A DNA stretch of 56,766 bases from Guillardia theta CCMP2712. Taxonomy: Eukaryota; Protista; Cryptophyta. A program made the position numbers and the translations under genes. Positions 1 to 10,899 of this stretch are shown in pieces. The notes beneath the pieces were generated by a model. That model was not told the DNA's origin. It saw only the letters and a list, made by a program, of their open reading frames with translations, and ran no database searches. The stretch covers positions 1 to 56,766 of the forward strand of contig NW_005434665.1 in the NCBI RefSeq assembly GCF_000315625.1, in the 5' to 3' direction. Numbering within the stretch: the stretch's first letter is position 1; the number at the start of each line of letters is the position of its first letter.

Positions 1-754
1 CGATCGTGCACGATGCTCACATGTACAGCTGTGAACTTGCGACCATCGATCGCGAAGTCCTCTCTTCCCTGCCAGAGCTTCTCCGCTTGTGCATTGCGGA
101 GGAAGGAAACAGTCACCGGGATCTCCTCAGCACTCGCTATCTCGGGTCTATACGGAGCCTTCCACATGATTGCTTTACTCTCTTGCACTGAGTCTACGAT
201 CAGTCCGATCTCTTCAAATTTCTTCTTCAGCTTTTCTTCATGGTTGACATACACCGAGGAGATCGGATGCCCAGGAGAGTCATGGAGATGAAGGAAGTCA
301 CCTCGTTGCCTGCTGAGGCGGTGTATGTCTCGACCTTCTCTTTCTTGGCTTCTTCAATCTGCTGCATAAACCACTCTCTGGACTCGGGATGCGTCACTCC
401 ATCCAGTCATCGCTTCTTGCAGAAACTCACGTCGTGCCTGCTGACATGTCGAGCGGATGGCTTCAGCGATAGCGTCGGGGGTGCATCCCTCCACAGCCTT
501 GCAAGCCTGGGCTGTCCTGCTGTTCGGATAACGCTTCGCGAAGCTCTTCACCCTCTCGACGAGATCAGCTTCGAGGACAGAGGCATCCACAAGTCCGCTC
601 TGCGTGTATTGGCATGATCTCCGATACAGCAGGTTGCGAACATTTTCATCATACTGAAGAACCATACTTAGAAAGCTATTTGAAGTATACAAACCTCTTG
701 CTTGCAGCTTCCTTGGCGCCCTGGCGGCTTCCCCTACACCTGACGAGGAGCCAT
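1..754 (-). CDS. Hypothetical intron-containing protein, 5' part (runs off the left edge)
   Basis: ATG at 754 (MAPRQ), then a plausible GT..AG intron joining in frame to YDENVRNLL... of ORF 354-692. A further open minus-strand frame continues to position 1. No family recognised. Confidence 0.5.
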
Positions 755-755
755 G

Positions 756-1077
756 CTGCCGAAAATAACGGCGCCTGCCGAAAATAACGGCGCCTGCCGA
801 AAATAACGGCGCCTGCCGAAAATAACGGCGCCTGCCGAAAATAACGGCGCCTGCCGAAAATAACGGCGCCTGCCGAAAATAACGGCGCCTGCCGAAAATA
901 ACGGCGCCTGCCGAAAATAACGGCGCCTGCCGAAAATAACGGCGCCTGCCGAAAATAACGGCGCCTGCCGAAAATAACGGCGCCTGCCGAAAATAACGGC
1001 GCCTGCCGAAAATAACGGCGCCTGCCGAAAATAACGGCGCCTTGCCGAAAATAACGGCGCCTTTAAAATAACGGCGC
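756..1077. repeat. 19-bp tandem array (CTGCCGAAAATAACGGCGC): 15 perfect + 2 degenerate units
   Basis: Period 19 from 756 to 1040, a +T variant at 1041-1060 and a degenerate unit at 1061-1077. Confidence 0.97.
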
Positions 1078-1268
1078 TGTCCTGCTGTTCGGATAACGCT
1101 TCGCGAAGCTCTTCACTACAGCAGGTTGCGAACATTTTCATCATACTGAAGAACCATACTTAGAAAGCTATTTGAAGTATACAAACCTCTTGCTTGCAGC
1201 TTCCTTGGCGCCCTGGCGGCTTCCCCTACACCTGACGAGGAGCCATGCTGCCGAAAATAACGGCGCCT
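1076..1268 (-). pseudogene. Internally deleted duplicate of the 5' end of the neighbouring gene
   Basis: 1076-1116 = 511-551 and 1117-1268 = 625-776, identical as read. The junction creates stops immediately after ...VRNLL. Confidence 0.85.
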
Positions 1269-1333
1269 CCTAAACCCTAAACCCTAAACCCTAAACCAGG
1301 CTATCCGAGGCTAACTAAACCCTGAACTAAACC
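1269..1333. repeat. Interstitial telomeric tract (CCCTAAA)~4 plus degenerate copies
   Basis: cctaaaccctaaaccctaaaccctaaacc at 1269-1297; ctaactaaaccctgaactaaacc at 1311-1333. Confidence 0.9.
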
Positions 1334-1390
1334 GGGTACCCTGATGATACTCCTGATGATACCCGTGGATACTCGTGGCATAAGGACAAG

Positions 1391-2415
1391 ATGCACTGCT
1401 CAATGCGTAAGCGTGTCTGTATGCCGATGCTGATGTTTCATATGCTCATGCATGTCGAGCTTTCATCAAGCTTCCTCTCTTGCAAATTACCGGTCCCAAC
1501 TAGGAATTGCGTGCTCAGCCATTGCTTGGTAAAAAGAGCAAAATTTGATCGCCGACAACTACTTATGAACTACGTTACCATCGATGTAGGAAACATTAAA
1601 AAGGAACAAAGGCTTCCCATCAGCATGACAGAATCGTTTCAAAAGTGGATTCTTTCTGAAGATGAATTGAGGCCTTTCTTCAACAGGTAAAATGGGGACT
1701 TAATCGTTAAAATATGTCTGATTTTTTTCTTCGTTTTTCAAGTGCATCTTATGGAAAAGAAAGTGGTTGGGTAGATCCCTTCTCATTCGACGAGGCATGG
1801 TTGCCGACGGATCTTCCTCTCCCTCTGATGCGACCAGCTATTGGGGCCTTGACGAAGGATGGACAAGTCAAATACCTCATGCCGGCACTGGATATGTGTG
1901 TGCAGGCGGGAGGGAAACTTTGGTGGAATCGAGGCATCAACTCAGTCCCACTTGCTAAGAGATGGCTGGATGTGAATTGTGCTGATCTAAGTCGCATGTC
2001 AATCCAAGCTTTCTGCCAAGGCGGGTATGAAGATGCAAAACGAGCTGTAAAGGAGCTGGGCGATGATCACCCTGATAACGAACTTGGACCCTGGAAAAAG
2101 TTGTGGGAAGCGCCGGCAGCGAAAGGAATAGTAGAGCTTGTTGAAACCCTCTCCGATGACAAAGGTGCATGTGTAGAGAAAGGGTATCATATCATCGTCA
2201 TCCCATTGCCCGAAGAGCCTTTGCGCGAAGCTCCTGATGCTGGAAATAGACTTCGCTTATGTTTGTCTGCGGCAGGAGCTATAGACCCGTTGCAGGATGG
2301 AATAGAAACGACATACTCAGAGTTGAATGTGCTCTTCCGAGCAACCATGCCAGGGAATGAATCTGAACATATGCCACAAGTGTACAAAGAACTTTTCAAC
2401 CTTGCGGGCTCATGA
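1391..2415 (+). CDS. Hypothetical protein, possible bipartite (signal + Phe-transit) plastid presequence
   Basis: ORFs 1391-1690 and 1714-2415 are joined in frame by a GT..AG intron at ~1687-1742. Hydrophobic N-terminus ends SSS|FLS. Confidence 0.7.
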
Positions 2416-2552
2416 AGTGATCGAAGCGCAGTCAGAAGTGATGAAATTGCAGACTCACAAGTCGAGAAACTGGGAGGAATCACGCGTTTGCATGAATAAA
2501 TTGCAAAAAGTTGACTGTTAGGACATACGCAGTCTAAGCTTACACGAAAATA

Positions 2553-4150
2553 CTAGAAGACATAACGACGCCTGCCGCTTTCAAGGCGCAAGTCAGTAGA
2601 CTGATCCCCCTCGAAGTACATAAGGGACTTGTGACTTGAAGACTTGGAACGAGGAGTGAACTGAAGGTTTGATAACAAGCTGCTCAACTGCCCAAGCTGA
2701 TCCATGGCGCTGCTGCTGATGCTGCTGCTGATGCTGCTGCTGCTGCTGCTGGGCATCTTCTTGGAACCTTCCGACAAGAAGCTACTGAATTCTTGTCTGA
2801 GCGGAGCAAGTCGATCTTGACTTGTTGATGACCTTGCTGTCTCGTCTGTCGATGAATCAATCTCGTCCAATTTGAACACGTCATCTTCACCGATGTCCTG
2901 CAAGATCCGCACATCCTTCTCCGACGTAGATATCACCGACCCTGCTCTATCGTGTTCTGAAGTCACATGGCAACCATATTGAGCTTGATGACCATCTTGT
3001 AATATTGACACCATCTTTTGAGCTTCATGGAGCCGATTGATAGCCAAGCTTATCTTCGTTCTCTCGGCATTAAGACCATCCATTTGAACAAGCAGCCAAT
3101 CCAGCCAAAGCGTGCACTCCAGAGTTTTTTCTTTATCTTTGCATGTGTCATACTCTTTGCTCAACTTCAAGAGGTCTTCTTCTTTTTGACGATCCAATCG
3201 CAGCAACCTGAAACTGAAATGAGACCCCCAAAGCCGTAGAGCCTCAAACCTCCGCCAACTCACAAAGCAACTTGTGTTTGAAGTGTGGGAACATCAGTGA
3301 TCAGTTCTGGCAGCCTAGCTCTGTTGTTAAGTCGCTCTTTTCCAAGCATGTACTCGCGAATGTCGGCATTGAACGTCTCCCTGCTCTCGTTTGCTGAATG
3401 TTGCATGAAAAGGCGTCCGAATTTGACAAGGGCCATCAAACAATTGGGTCTCTCAAAAACCTGAGGGTGGTTTGAGAACTGCCACGGCAGGGCAGAGTAG
3501 AGCAGGAGGAAGAGGAGAGGCAGAGTAGAGCAGGAGGAAGAGGAGAAGCAGAATAGAGCAGGAGGGAGAGGAGAGGCAGGATAGAGCAGGAGGAAGAGGG
3601 CAGGCAGAATAGAGCAGGAGGAAGAGGAGAGGCAGAGTAGAGCAGGACGAAGAGGGCAGGCAGAGTAGAGCAGGAGGAAGAGGAGAGGCAGAATAGAGCA
3701 GGAGGAAGGTCCCTTGCTTGCCTTGGAGGAAAGGAAGTCGTATCTGAGGTGGCTCTCGGAGTCTAAACTTTCAAGAGAAAAGAATTGCTTCAACAATTTC
3801 ACTTGGTTCAACATTTTCTGATCCTTGCAGAAAATTTCATAGAGCTAATCTGAATCACCAAGCGATGAAAGAAGTCAATAGTCTCTTGGAGAGGAGCAGA
3901 GCCATGGGATCAATCAATTCAGCCGACGAATATCCGACGAATATCCGAAGGCACTTGAAACCATGGCAGTCCGGCATGCGTATGCTAGCCAAAAGAAAAG
4001 GTACGAAAAATTCGTAGAGGTGATCCAACCCTCGCACTCTTCTGTACGTGTTCTAGCAAGCCACCAAACAACGCTGGAGGATCAAAAAAAAATATTCTCG
4101 TAGGTCCCTTTCACAAGGTCAAAGGCGAGCACAGCATCCCCGCACATGCT
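2553..4150 (-). CDS. Hypothetical coiled-coil protein (multi-exon; start approximate)
   Basis: Adjacent minus ORFs 2553-3263, 3260-3814 and 3855-4037. The repeat block at 3480-3721 fits an in-frame GC..AG intron. Confidence 0.55.
3487..3708. repeat. Degenerate ~27-32 bp purine-rich minisatellite (GGCAGAGTAGAGCAGGAGGAAGAGGAGA-like), intronic
   Basis: About 7-8 imperfect units visible. Confidence 0.85.
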
Positions 4151-4324
4151 CATCTAGTTTCTACAACCCTTTTTCTACCATCAGCCACCGAGGCTGCTCA
4201 CTGTTCTTGTTACGTCTCTGCACCGTCCTTGCTTGCCCTTCCCCTCTTTCCAGCCATCCTTTCCCACCTTTAGCTCGCACTGGCCATTTGGTCCATCCCG
4301 TACATTTAAATACGGTTAGCAAGG

Positions 4325-5545
4325 ATGCCCTTTGCCTCTTTCATCCATAGGGATGAGAGTGTGGCCCAGCAAGTTATCCAAGAGATGCTGCCGATGCAAG
4401 ACATTCACGACGTTCTCAACGATTTGCATTCGTCACAGAGCAGCAACGAACAGGAAATGAGAATGCACATCCTTCAGCTCAGGACGATGATGAAGAGTCT
4501 CATAAACATGGCAGAAGTGGCATGCCATGAAGTTGAGAGGCGTTGCCAAGCTCTGCATGATCTGCGGAGTTCAACCTCAGCAGATTCAATAACAAACAAA
4601 AGTTTTCAGAACAAGGATGAAGGCGAACGACATGTTTACGACCCTGAAGTTTCAGAATTATTTCCCAACTTCATCTCCTTCAACTCAGATTCAAGTCCTA
4701 TACCCTACCTGCAAACTATTCAGAGTCTCGTTCGATCCAACCAGCTCGGAGAACACTGGGACCTTCTGCAGGACAATGTGAAGCGAAGAGGATTCAATAC
4801 GACTATAGGAATTCGCCTTGCAATGAACTCGAATGCGGCCGATCTCAGGCCTCTTCAAGTGCAGCTAGTAATTCCAGGTAGCCCCGCTCATGTCTGTGGT
4901 ATGCTAGATCGAGGAGATGAGATTGTCGCTGTGGACGGCGAAAGTGCATCGGAGGCGACGATCGTGAGCCAAGTGAGTGGAACTGACGTGGTTGGCTCGA
5001 GAGTGACGCTCACTATCAAGAAGAAGGGATCTGACCGAACGTTTGACATCCCTCTGGTCAGGGTTTCATGGAGTGTCGTTGAAGCGAAGGAAAAGATTTT
5101 TATACTGATGGAGCAATTGATGAAGCAGATCAGTCAAGATGGGTCCAAGAGGATCTCTCAGGAATATCTTTCCCTCTTGTACACAGAAATGAAAGAGTAC
5201 GAGAAATTCCGTGCTATCAACGAGATGCACGTCCAGGATCGCTTGTACGAGCTAAGGTCTTCTATTCTGCAGCTGGCTCAAGAAGCGTTGGAGCATTCTG
5301 AAACAATAATTCGAGTATATAATCGGGCTTTGATGCTTTTAGGTAAGAACAAGCAAGAAGTCTTCAGAGACCGTGAAACATATCTGAAGGCTCAAGTCAG
5401 AGAGCGCGAGAATAGGTTGGGTACAATGAATATGGAGAACGAAGCTTTGAAGCAAAGATTACAGAAATCTGATAAGCTGCTGCTGGGTATGGAGAAAATG
5501 TGTCAAATTGCTTTTCGAAAGAAAGGAGCAATGGAGAATTCATGA
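4325..5545 (+). CDS. PDZ-domain and coiled-coil protein
   Basis: 406-aa ORF. IGIRL...VIPGSPAHVCGMLDRGDEIVAVDG...GSRVTLTIKK is a PDZ signature. Confidence 0.85.
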   Translation: MPFASFIHRDESVAQQVIQEMLPMQDIHDVLNDLHSSQSSNEQEMRMHILQLRTMMKSLINMAEVACHEVERRCQALHDLRSSTSADSITNKSFQNKDEGERHVYDPEVSELFPNFISFNSDSSPIPYLQTIQSLVRSNQLGEHWDLLQDNVKRRGFNTTIGIRLAMNSNAADLRPLQVQLVIPGSPAHVCGMLDRGDEIVAVDGESASEATIVSQVSGTDVVGSRVTLTIKKKGSDRTFDIPLVRVSWSVVEAKEKIFILMEQLMKQISQDGSKRISQEYLSLLYTEMKEYEKFRAINEMHVQDRLYELRSSILQLAQEALEHSETIIRVYNRALMLLGKNKQEVFRDRETYLKAQVRERENRLGTMNMENEALKQRLQKSDKLLLGMEKMCQIAFRKKGAMENS

Positions 5546-5589
5546 ACTGTGACTACACGACGCACGTTGGGCAAAAAAAATCCGATTAG

Positions 5590-6618
5590 TTGATCATTTA
5601 TTGGCTCCATGACAAGACATCATGTCATCTCTTTCTGTACAAATTGATGAATACTGACGAGTTGATAAAGTCACTGTTCAAATTGGCAGGAGTTATCTTG
5701 CTAATCTGTTGGAACTTCTTCTTAAGCCAGAAGAAAAATTTCTCTTCGTCTAAGCCTCTTTTGAAACAAAGCGAGTTACGAACGTTTAAAATGAATGTGC
5801 AATGATCAACCTGGGCTTGTATGCGAGAATCAGAGTACCCTCCGGTGAGAGGAGTTTGTCTATCGTTTCGATAAGCGGTTTGAATAATCCCTTATTGTAA
5901 ACAACTGCCAACAAATAATCACATCACCCGAACAGTGGAAGATAGACAAAACGATTTTACCGTCGGACCCAACGACAAGATCAAAAGATGACGCTTCAAA
6001 CGATTCTATATCATTTGTTCCCCATCCTAATTGTTTGACGTCTACACACTGGGAGGAGTTGTCTCCTCGCACATTGTGGTCAACATTCACACGTGCCAAC
6101 TTTAGTACACGCTCATCATAATCTGTTGCTGTCACTTTTCTCGCTCCAAATCTTGCGCAGACGACTGAAACAAGTGCATGTCCTGCTCCTAATTCTAGCA
6201 CGTGCTTTCCTCTCACAAGCTCAGGATTCTTTGCAAGGTACTCAGATAGCAGAATAGCGGCATCCCATACAGCTGCTCCCGTCCATTTCAAGCCCGTAGG
6301 TTCCGGCTCATCATCTGCACGCTCGTCCCAGCTTTGCCGTATCATAAAGCTTTCACCATCGATAAGAACAGGACGAACTTTCAATCTGAAATTGTCTGCA
6401 TATGGATTCGTATTCGAGAACGGAACCAAAGAAGTGCTTAATGCGATGGCATTTGGATTTGGATCTTGCATTGCAAAGTACAAGACTAAAAATTGAATCG
6501 AATGTTTGAAACAGATACTAGTCATGGGCTGCAGATTTCATATTCCAGGCTTCAGAGCCAGCAACATCTGCAGTTACCTCGCCATCGCCATCCCTACCTG
6601 CGCCACACTGGCGGCCAT
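5590..6618 (-). CDS. METTL21/family-16 SAM-dependent protein lysine methyltransferase (ends approximate)
   Basis: TGAAVWDAAILL, VLELGAG, VTATDY, LGWG and DLVVGSD|VVY (across an intron) motifs. Confidence 0.9.
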
Positions 6619-6649
6619 CCCCGATTTTCCATTGACCGATTTTTTAAAC

Positions 6650-8270
6650 TTTGAACTTTCACAGCATGGAGAAACCTAAGTTGAGCTCAAAGTTAGTTGA
6701 AAAGTTGAGCTATCATACGGTACGATCTAGGCGGCCCCGCGTCCTACTACGTAGTACCGGTCGGATTCAACGTACTACACATTTTTTTTTCTATCAGGTT
6801 TATATGCCGGGCCGCCCGCGGCGCCCGGCCGGCGCCGGCCCGGTGACTCCCGGGCCGCCGCGGCACTGCGGCCGCATGCCCGGTGAGGTGCCAGTGCAAC
6901 CGGAAGAGGCCAGTAACTTTCAATGACAAACCGTTGAACAGCCGCAATAATTGCCGCAGTTGAACCTTGCCGCCTGATGACAGTGAGCGGCGGTCATGGC
7001 ATGATGGGATGTTTGATCGAAGCATTTTTGAAAACTTTCCAAGTTCCGAGTCCGGCGGTTTATTCACTTGCCAGTGACTCTTATCATGGCATGATGGCAC
7101 TAAAAACGGGGGAGTTGACCGTTGGTATCCACCCGGGGGCCTCCCCCGGCCTGAGAAACGAATTACTATCACAAATATCGGATGATCGTCGGATTTGTTA
7201 AGAAACGACTTCCACAAAAGCCTCCTGAATGTCGAGTCGGGCACTCCGATCAGATCGGACCGTTCCGAGCTCCGCTGAGCGGCGCCCGGCCGGCCAACCC
7301 GTTGGCCAGTGAGCGCGCCGGGCCCGGCCACTGCCACCGGAATATCATGATCGGACCACTTTCAATCCGACGGTCACCGGGTTCAACTTGACGTATTCAA
7401 GTATTTAAGTTATTCCCGGCGGATGATCATGCGGCAGATGCCCCCGGCGTTCAGGTTCGAAGTTCAACGGTTTCAGGGCCCTTCAATTTTCCGACGGCGA
7501 TTCCCGGAAGTTCCACCGCGGGGGGGCCCGGCCGCCGCCCGGCCCGGGCGCGCCCGGCGGACTCGGAGGCTCGCCGGAGTCCGGCGTGACGGGTCAGGCC
7601 GTAGTACCGTTCTACCGCCCGGGCGTACGGACGGCAGGGTGACCGTTACGGGGACGGCTCCGATGGTCTGTGACCCGGTACCCGATGACAGTACGGTCGT
7701 TAGTCTGGTACCGTACTGGAATGGATAGTACTGACGGTACTGCCGCCAAGAGTTACGCACAAGCGTGATGTTACCGTACCAGGGCTGGTACAAACAGGGG
7801 CCAATATGATACCGGCCTAGTAGTACGGCACTGCCGTACCGCGGGCGGCTGAGCTCTCAGTGACGGAGAGGGGCCCCTACAAACAGACTTGGCAGTCGCA
7901 TTATTATTTTAACTACTACTGAGTCAGTTATTGCCGCTGCCGCTCTCAACGGCTCAGTAAGACAGTCCGTCAGTTACCGTACTGACTGAGACTGCGGCCG
8001 GGGGGTCCTTTGAGGTCACTAGGGCCCACACGGTAGGTCTGACGCCGCCGGGTGACCCCTACCTACTCCTACAGGCTACCAGTAGAGAGTACGATGCGTC
8101 GCAGGATCTTTCAGTAGTACTACCCACCTGACCGTAGTAGTACTACTGAGTTGTACCCCCAAATCCCTCCCCGCCTGGGAAGTCCTAAATCTAGTGCGGC
8201 CCTTCCCTTGACCCCTCCCAAACCCCTGGGCCCACCCCCTTCCCCAACCCACCCCATCCATTACACCCCA
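6650..8270. promoter_or_regulatory. GC-rich, palindrome-dense non-coding island between divergent genes
   Basis: Lies between the methyltransferase (-) and kinase (+) starts. No credible protein; many short inverted repeats. Regulatory role is inferred from position only. Confidence 0.55.
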
Positions 8271-8439
8271 AAGAAAAATAAAAATCCGCGGCAGCACAAG
8301 AGGATCAGGTTTGCTGCGAGGGACTTTGGCCCAAGGAAAGCTGCTGCACGAGTAGTACAGTCAGTGCAGGCAGAACTTGACGAACAGCAGCAACACTGTG
8401 ACACATTCAACTTGCTCTCAACAACTGCCTCGAGTCATT

Positions 8440-10705
8440 ATGCAACGATACCTACAAAAGGGAGGGGCGGCAGGGAAGGTGTACGTGGCGTCCCCTGCAG
8501 ATTCTTCACTTCAATCTCTACTTCATGAATCCTTCAAGATCATGGAGCTTCGCTTTGCAAACTATGACCACGATGGAGTTGGAACTTTGATGTTCCGTGA
8601 GCTTCAGCGCGAGCTTTCGCTTGTCGGGTTTACTGACATGGAAAAGCTGGAAGATGCTTTCCAAAAGATCGATTTTGATGGAAACGGAACGCTGGACTTC
8701 TCTGAATTCATATGCTTGTTGTATTATTGGGTAAATGTTGGAGATTATTCACAATTCTTTCGACATACGGAAAATGCGAAAATTGTGCATCAAGCATTCA
8801 ATCTGATGGAAACTTCCATGATTCGATATGACGCGGATCGCAACAGGCGTCTTTCAAAGAAGGAATTGGATGCCTTTTTCACGGATCAGCTTCCTAAGAC
8901 AGTGCCCTTCTATCAAAAGGTCTTCAACGAATCGGATCTCATTCAGCCTCCCCAGGTTGGTTGTGAAATGTGAAGACATAATACATCTAACCAATATTTT
9001 TCCACAGGGCGAGTCCGAGATCAAGTTTCCAGCATTTATGTACTTGATTTATGAAGTTCTTTGCGAAATGCCTGGTTCAAGTATATCAGGGAAATTCCGT
9101 GGGATTTCATTCAAACCTGCGAAGGCAACGCCAGGATCAGCAGCTGTTGGAGAAAATAGCGAATTTTGGAAAGAACTGAACAGTGCATTCAGCGTCCTCG
9201 AAGCAGATTTTGTTCGATTTGATCAGGATCGAAATGGTTTTGTCGATTACACAGAGATCACAAATGCAATTCCACCGACGAGGCCAGGGTATGACAGGCT
9301 TGACACCTTAAGTCGACTTCAACATGCATTTCATCAAGTTGATTTGAATCAGGATCAAACGCTTGATTTCTATGAGTTCTGTTACCTTTGTTTTATGATG
9401 ACACAGAATGGTTCATACTTGGATTTGGTTCATCAGACAGAAGGGGCAGCCAAAGTCAAGAAAGCTTTCATCAACATCCACACCTGCTATCGCTCGTTTG
9501 ATGCCGATCATAACAACAGATTAACCTATGACGAACTGGAAATGTTTTGCAATTCCCAATTCGGCATTGTGCCCCCAAACCTACAGAGTCTTTTTGGTGA
9601 AATCGCACAAAAAAGTGCCTCAGCAGGCGGGCAGGTTGCATTAGATTTGGTCCGCTTCATGAAGTTGTTGTATGTTCTGGTGTGCCCAACAGCGCAGTTC
9701 GCTCCCACTCGTTATTCTCCAGGCAAAAGAACTGTGAATCAACAAGTGATTTCAATCTTGAAACCGCCAAAGTCTGATAGACCTCCGAGGTTCAAGGTTG
9801 TGGTCCCCTCCAAATTTGTAAAAGAGAAATTGCTGGGACAAGGTGGTCAGGGAACAGTTTACAAAGGCAAATATGAAGGATTTAGTGTTGCCGCCAAAAC
9901 GATGCTTGGCAATCCAGATGCACACCTGCTTGCTGACACTTTGAGGGAAGTCGATTTCTTTTTAAAGCTTGACCATCCTAATTGCCATTTTCTCCTTGGC
10001 GCCAAAACTACTCTGGAGAATGGTGGCATAATGCTTTTGACGGAGATTTGTGAAAGTGGATCGCTTTTTGATTGTTACTCGACGAAAAGGCTTCGATTTG
10101 ATCGTTGTACAGCCTGGCGGATCAGCAAGGAATGTGCCCTGGGATTCAAGGTCATTCACGATATGGGCTTCATGCATCGAGACATCAAATCCTTGTAAGT
10201 ACTGCCTTCCTCTGATAAACGCGTTTGACCTTTCATCGGCAGGAATGTGTTTATGACCAAGGATATGGTTGCCAAGGTCGCAGATTTTGGTATGTGTACC
10301 AATAATCCCACCGCAACAGACCCCATGGGTACACCACAATGGATGGCGCCAGAAGTGATATCGAACATGCTTGGAATCAGATGTCCATACAACAAAAGCT
10401 GTGACATATACAGCTATGGGATACTTGTTTGGGAGACCTTCGTAGCAATGATTCCGTATGCCAGCACAGGACTTAATCAATCGCAAATCGCCATGCAAGT
10501 TTATCGAAGCAACATCCGGCCACCGATGATCAGCAGCCTCCCTGCATCCATCAAGTCTCTCATTGCAGAGTGCTGGGATAAAAACCCTCATCATCGACCA
10601 AATTTCGATACGGTATGTCTTTTGTTTCAGTTTGAGTTCCCTTGACTGGTTTGATAGATTCTGCAAAAGCTGCAAGCAGCTGCTCATGAATGCAATGCGA
10701 GTTAA
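8440..10705 (+). CDS. Multi-EF-hand + TKL-group Ser/Thr protein kinase
   Basis: Introns at 8956-9007, 10195-10242 and 10613-10657. Six canonical EF loops (e.g. DFDGNGTLDFSE, DQDRNGFVDYTE). Kinase motifs GQGGQG, VAAK, HRDIKSLN, DFG, GTPQWMAPE. Confidence 0.93.
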
Positions 10706-10836
10706 GGGGCTGAAAAATTTCGTCGAGAAAACAAACATCGAAGCCCCAAATAATCATTTCTGTTTGCGACGGGCATGTGACCCTACCTAGACTCGGCTAG
10801 CGTTCTTAGAGCACGTAGATGCAATGTTGATTTCAT

Positions 10837-10873
10837 CTACTGCATCCTACTGCATCCTACTGCATCCTACTGC
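10837..10873. repeat. 10-bp tandem repeat (CTACTGCATC) x3.5
   Basis: Direct reading. Confidence 0.85.
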
Positions 10874-10899
10874 TATTATGACTATAACTGTTACTATTA

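Noticed and set aside
740-765. Hammerhead-like core CTGACGA-[GGAGC cat GCTGCC]-GAAA (also at ~1232-1257)
   Set aside because: Stem II is plausible, but I find no stem I partner for the flanking TACAC and no stem III/UH site. It also overlaps the minus-strand start codon. An Infernal search with hammerhead models would settle it.
756-1077. CRISPR-like array
   Set aside because: Units are contiguous with no spacers, there are no cas genes, and the context is eukaryotic. The same applies to 20951-21298.
734-1144. 136-aa repetitive ORF
   Set aside because: By-product of the 19-bp array lacking stops on the minus strand.
6651-7793. Arg/Pro/Gly-rich ORFs in the GC islands (also 38285-38931 and 51745-52005)
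   Set aside because: Overlapping on both strands, low complexity and without domain motifs; expected from high GC.
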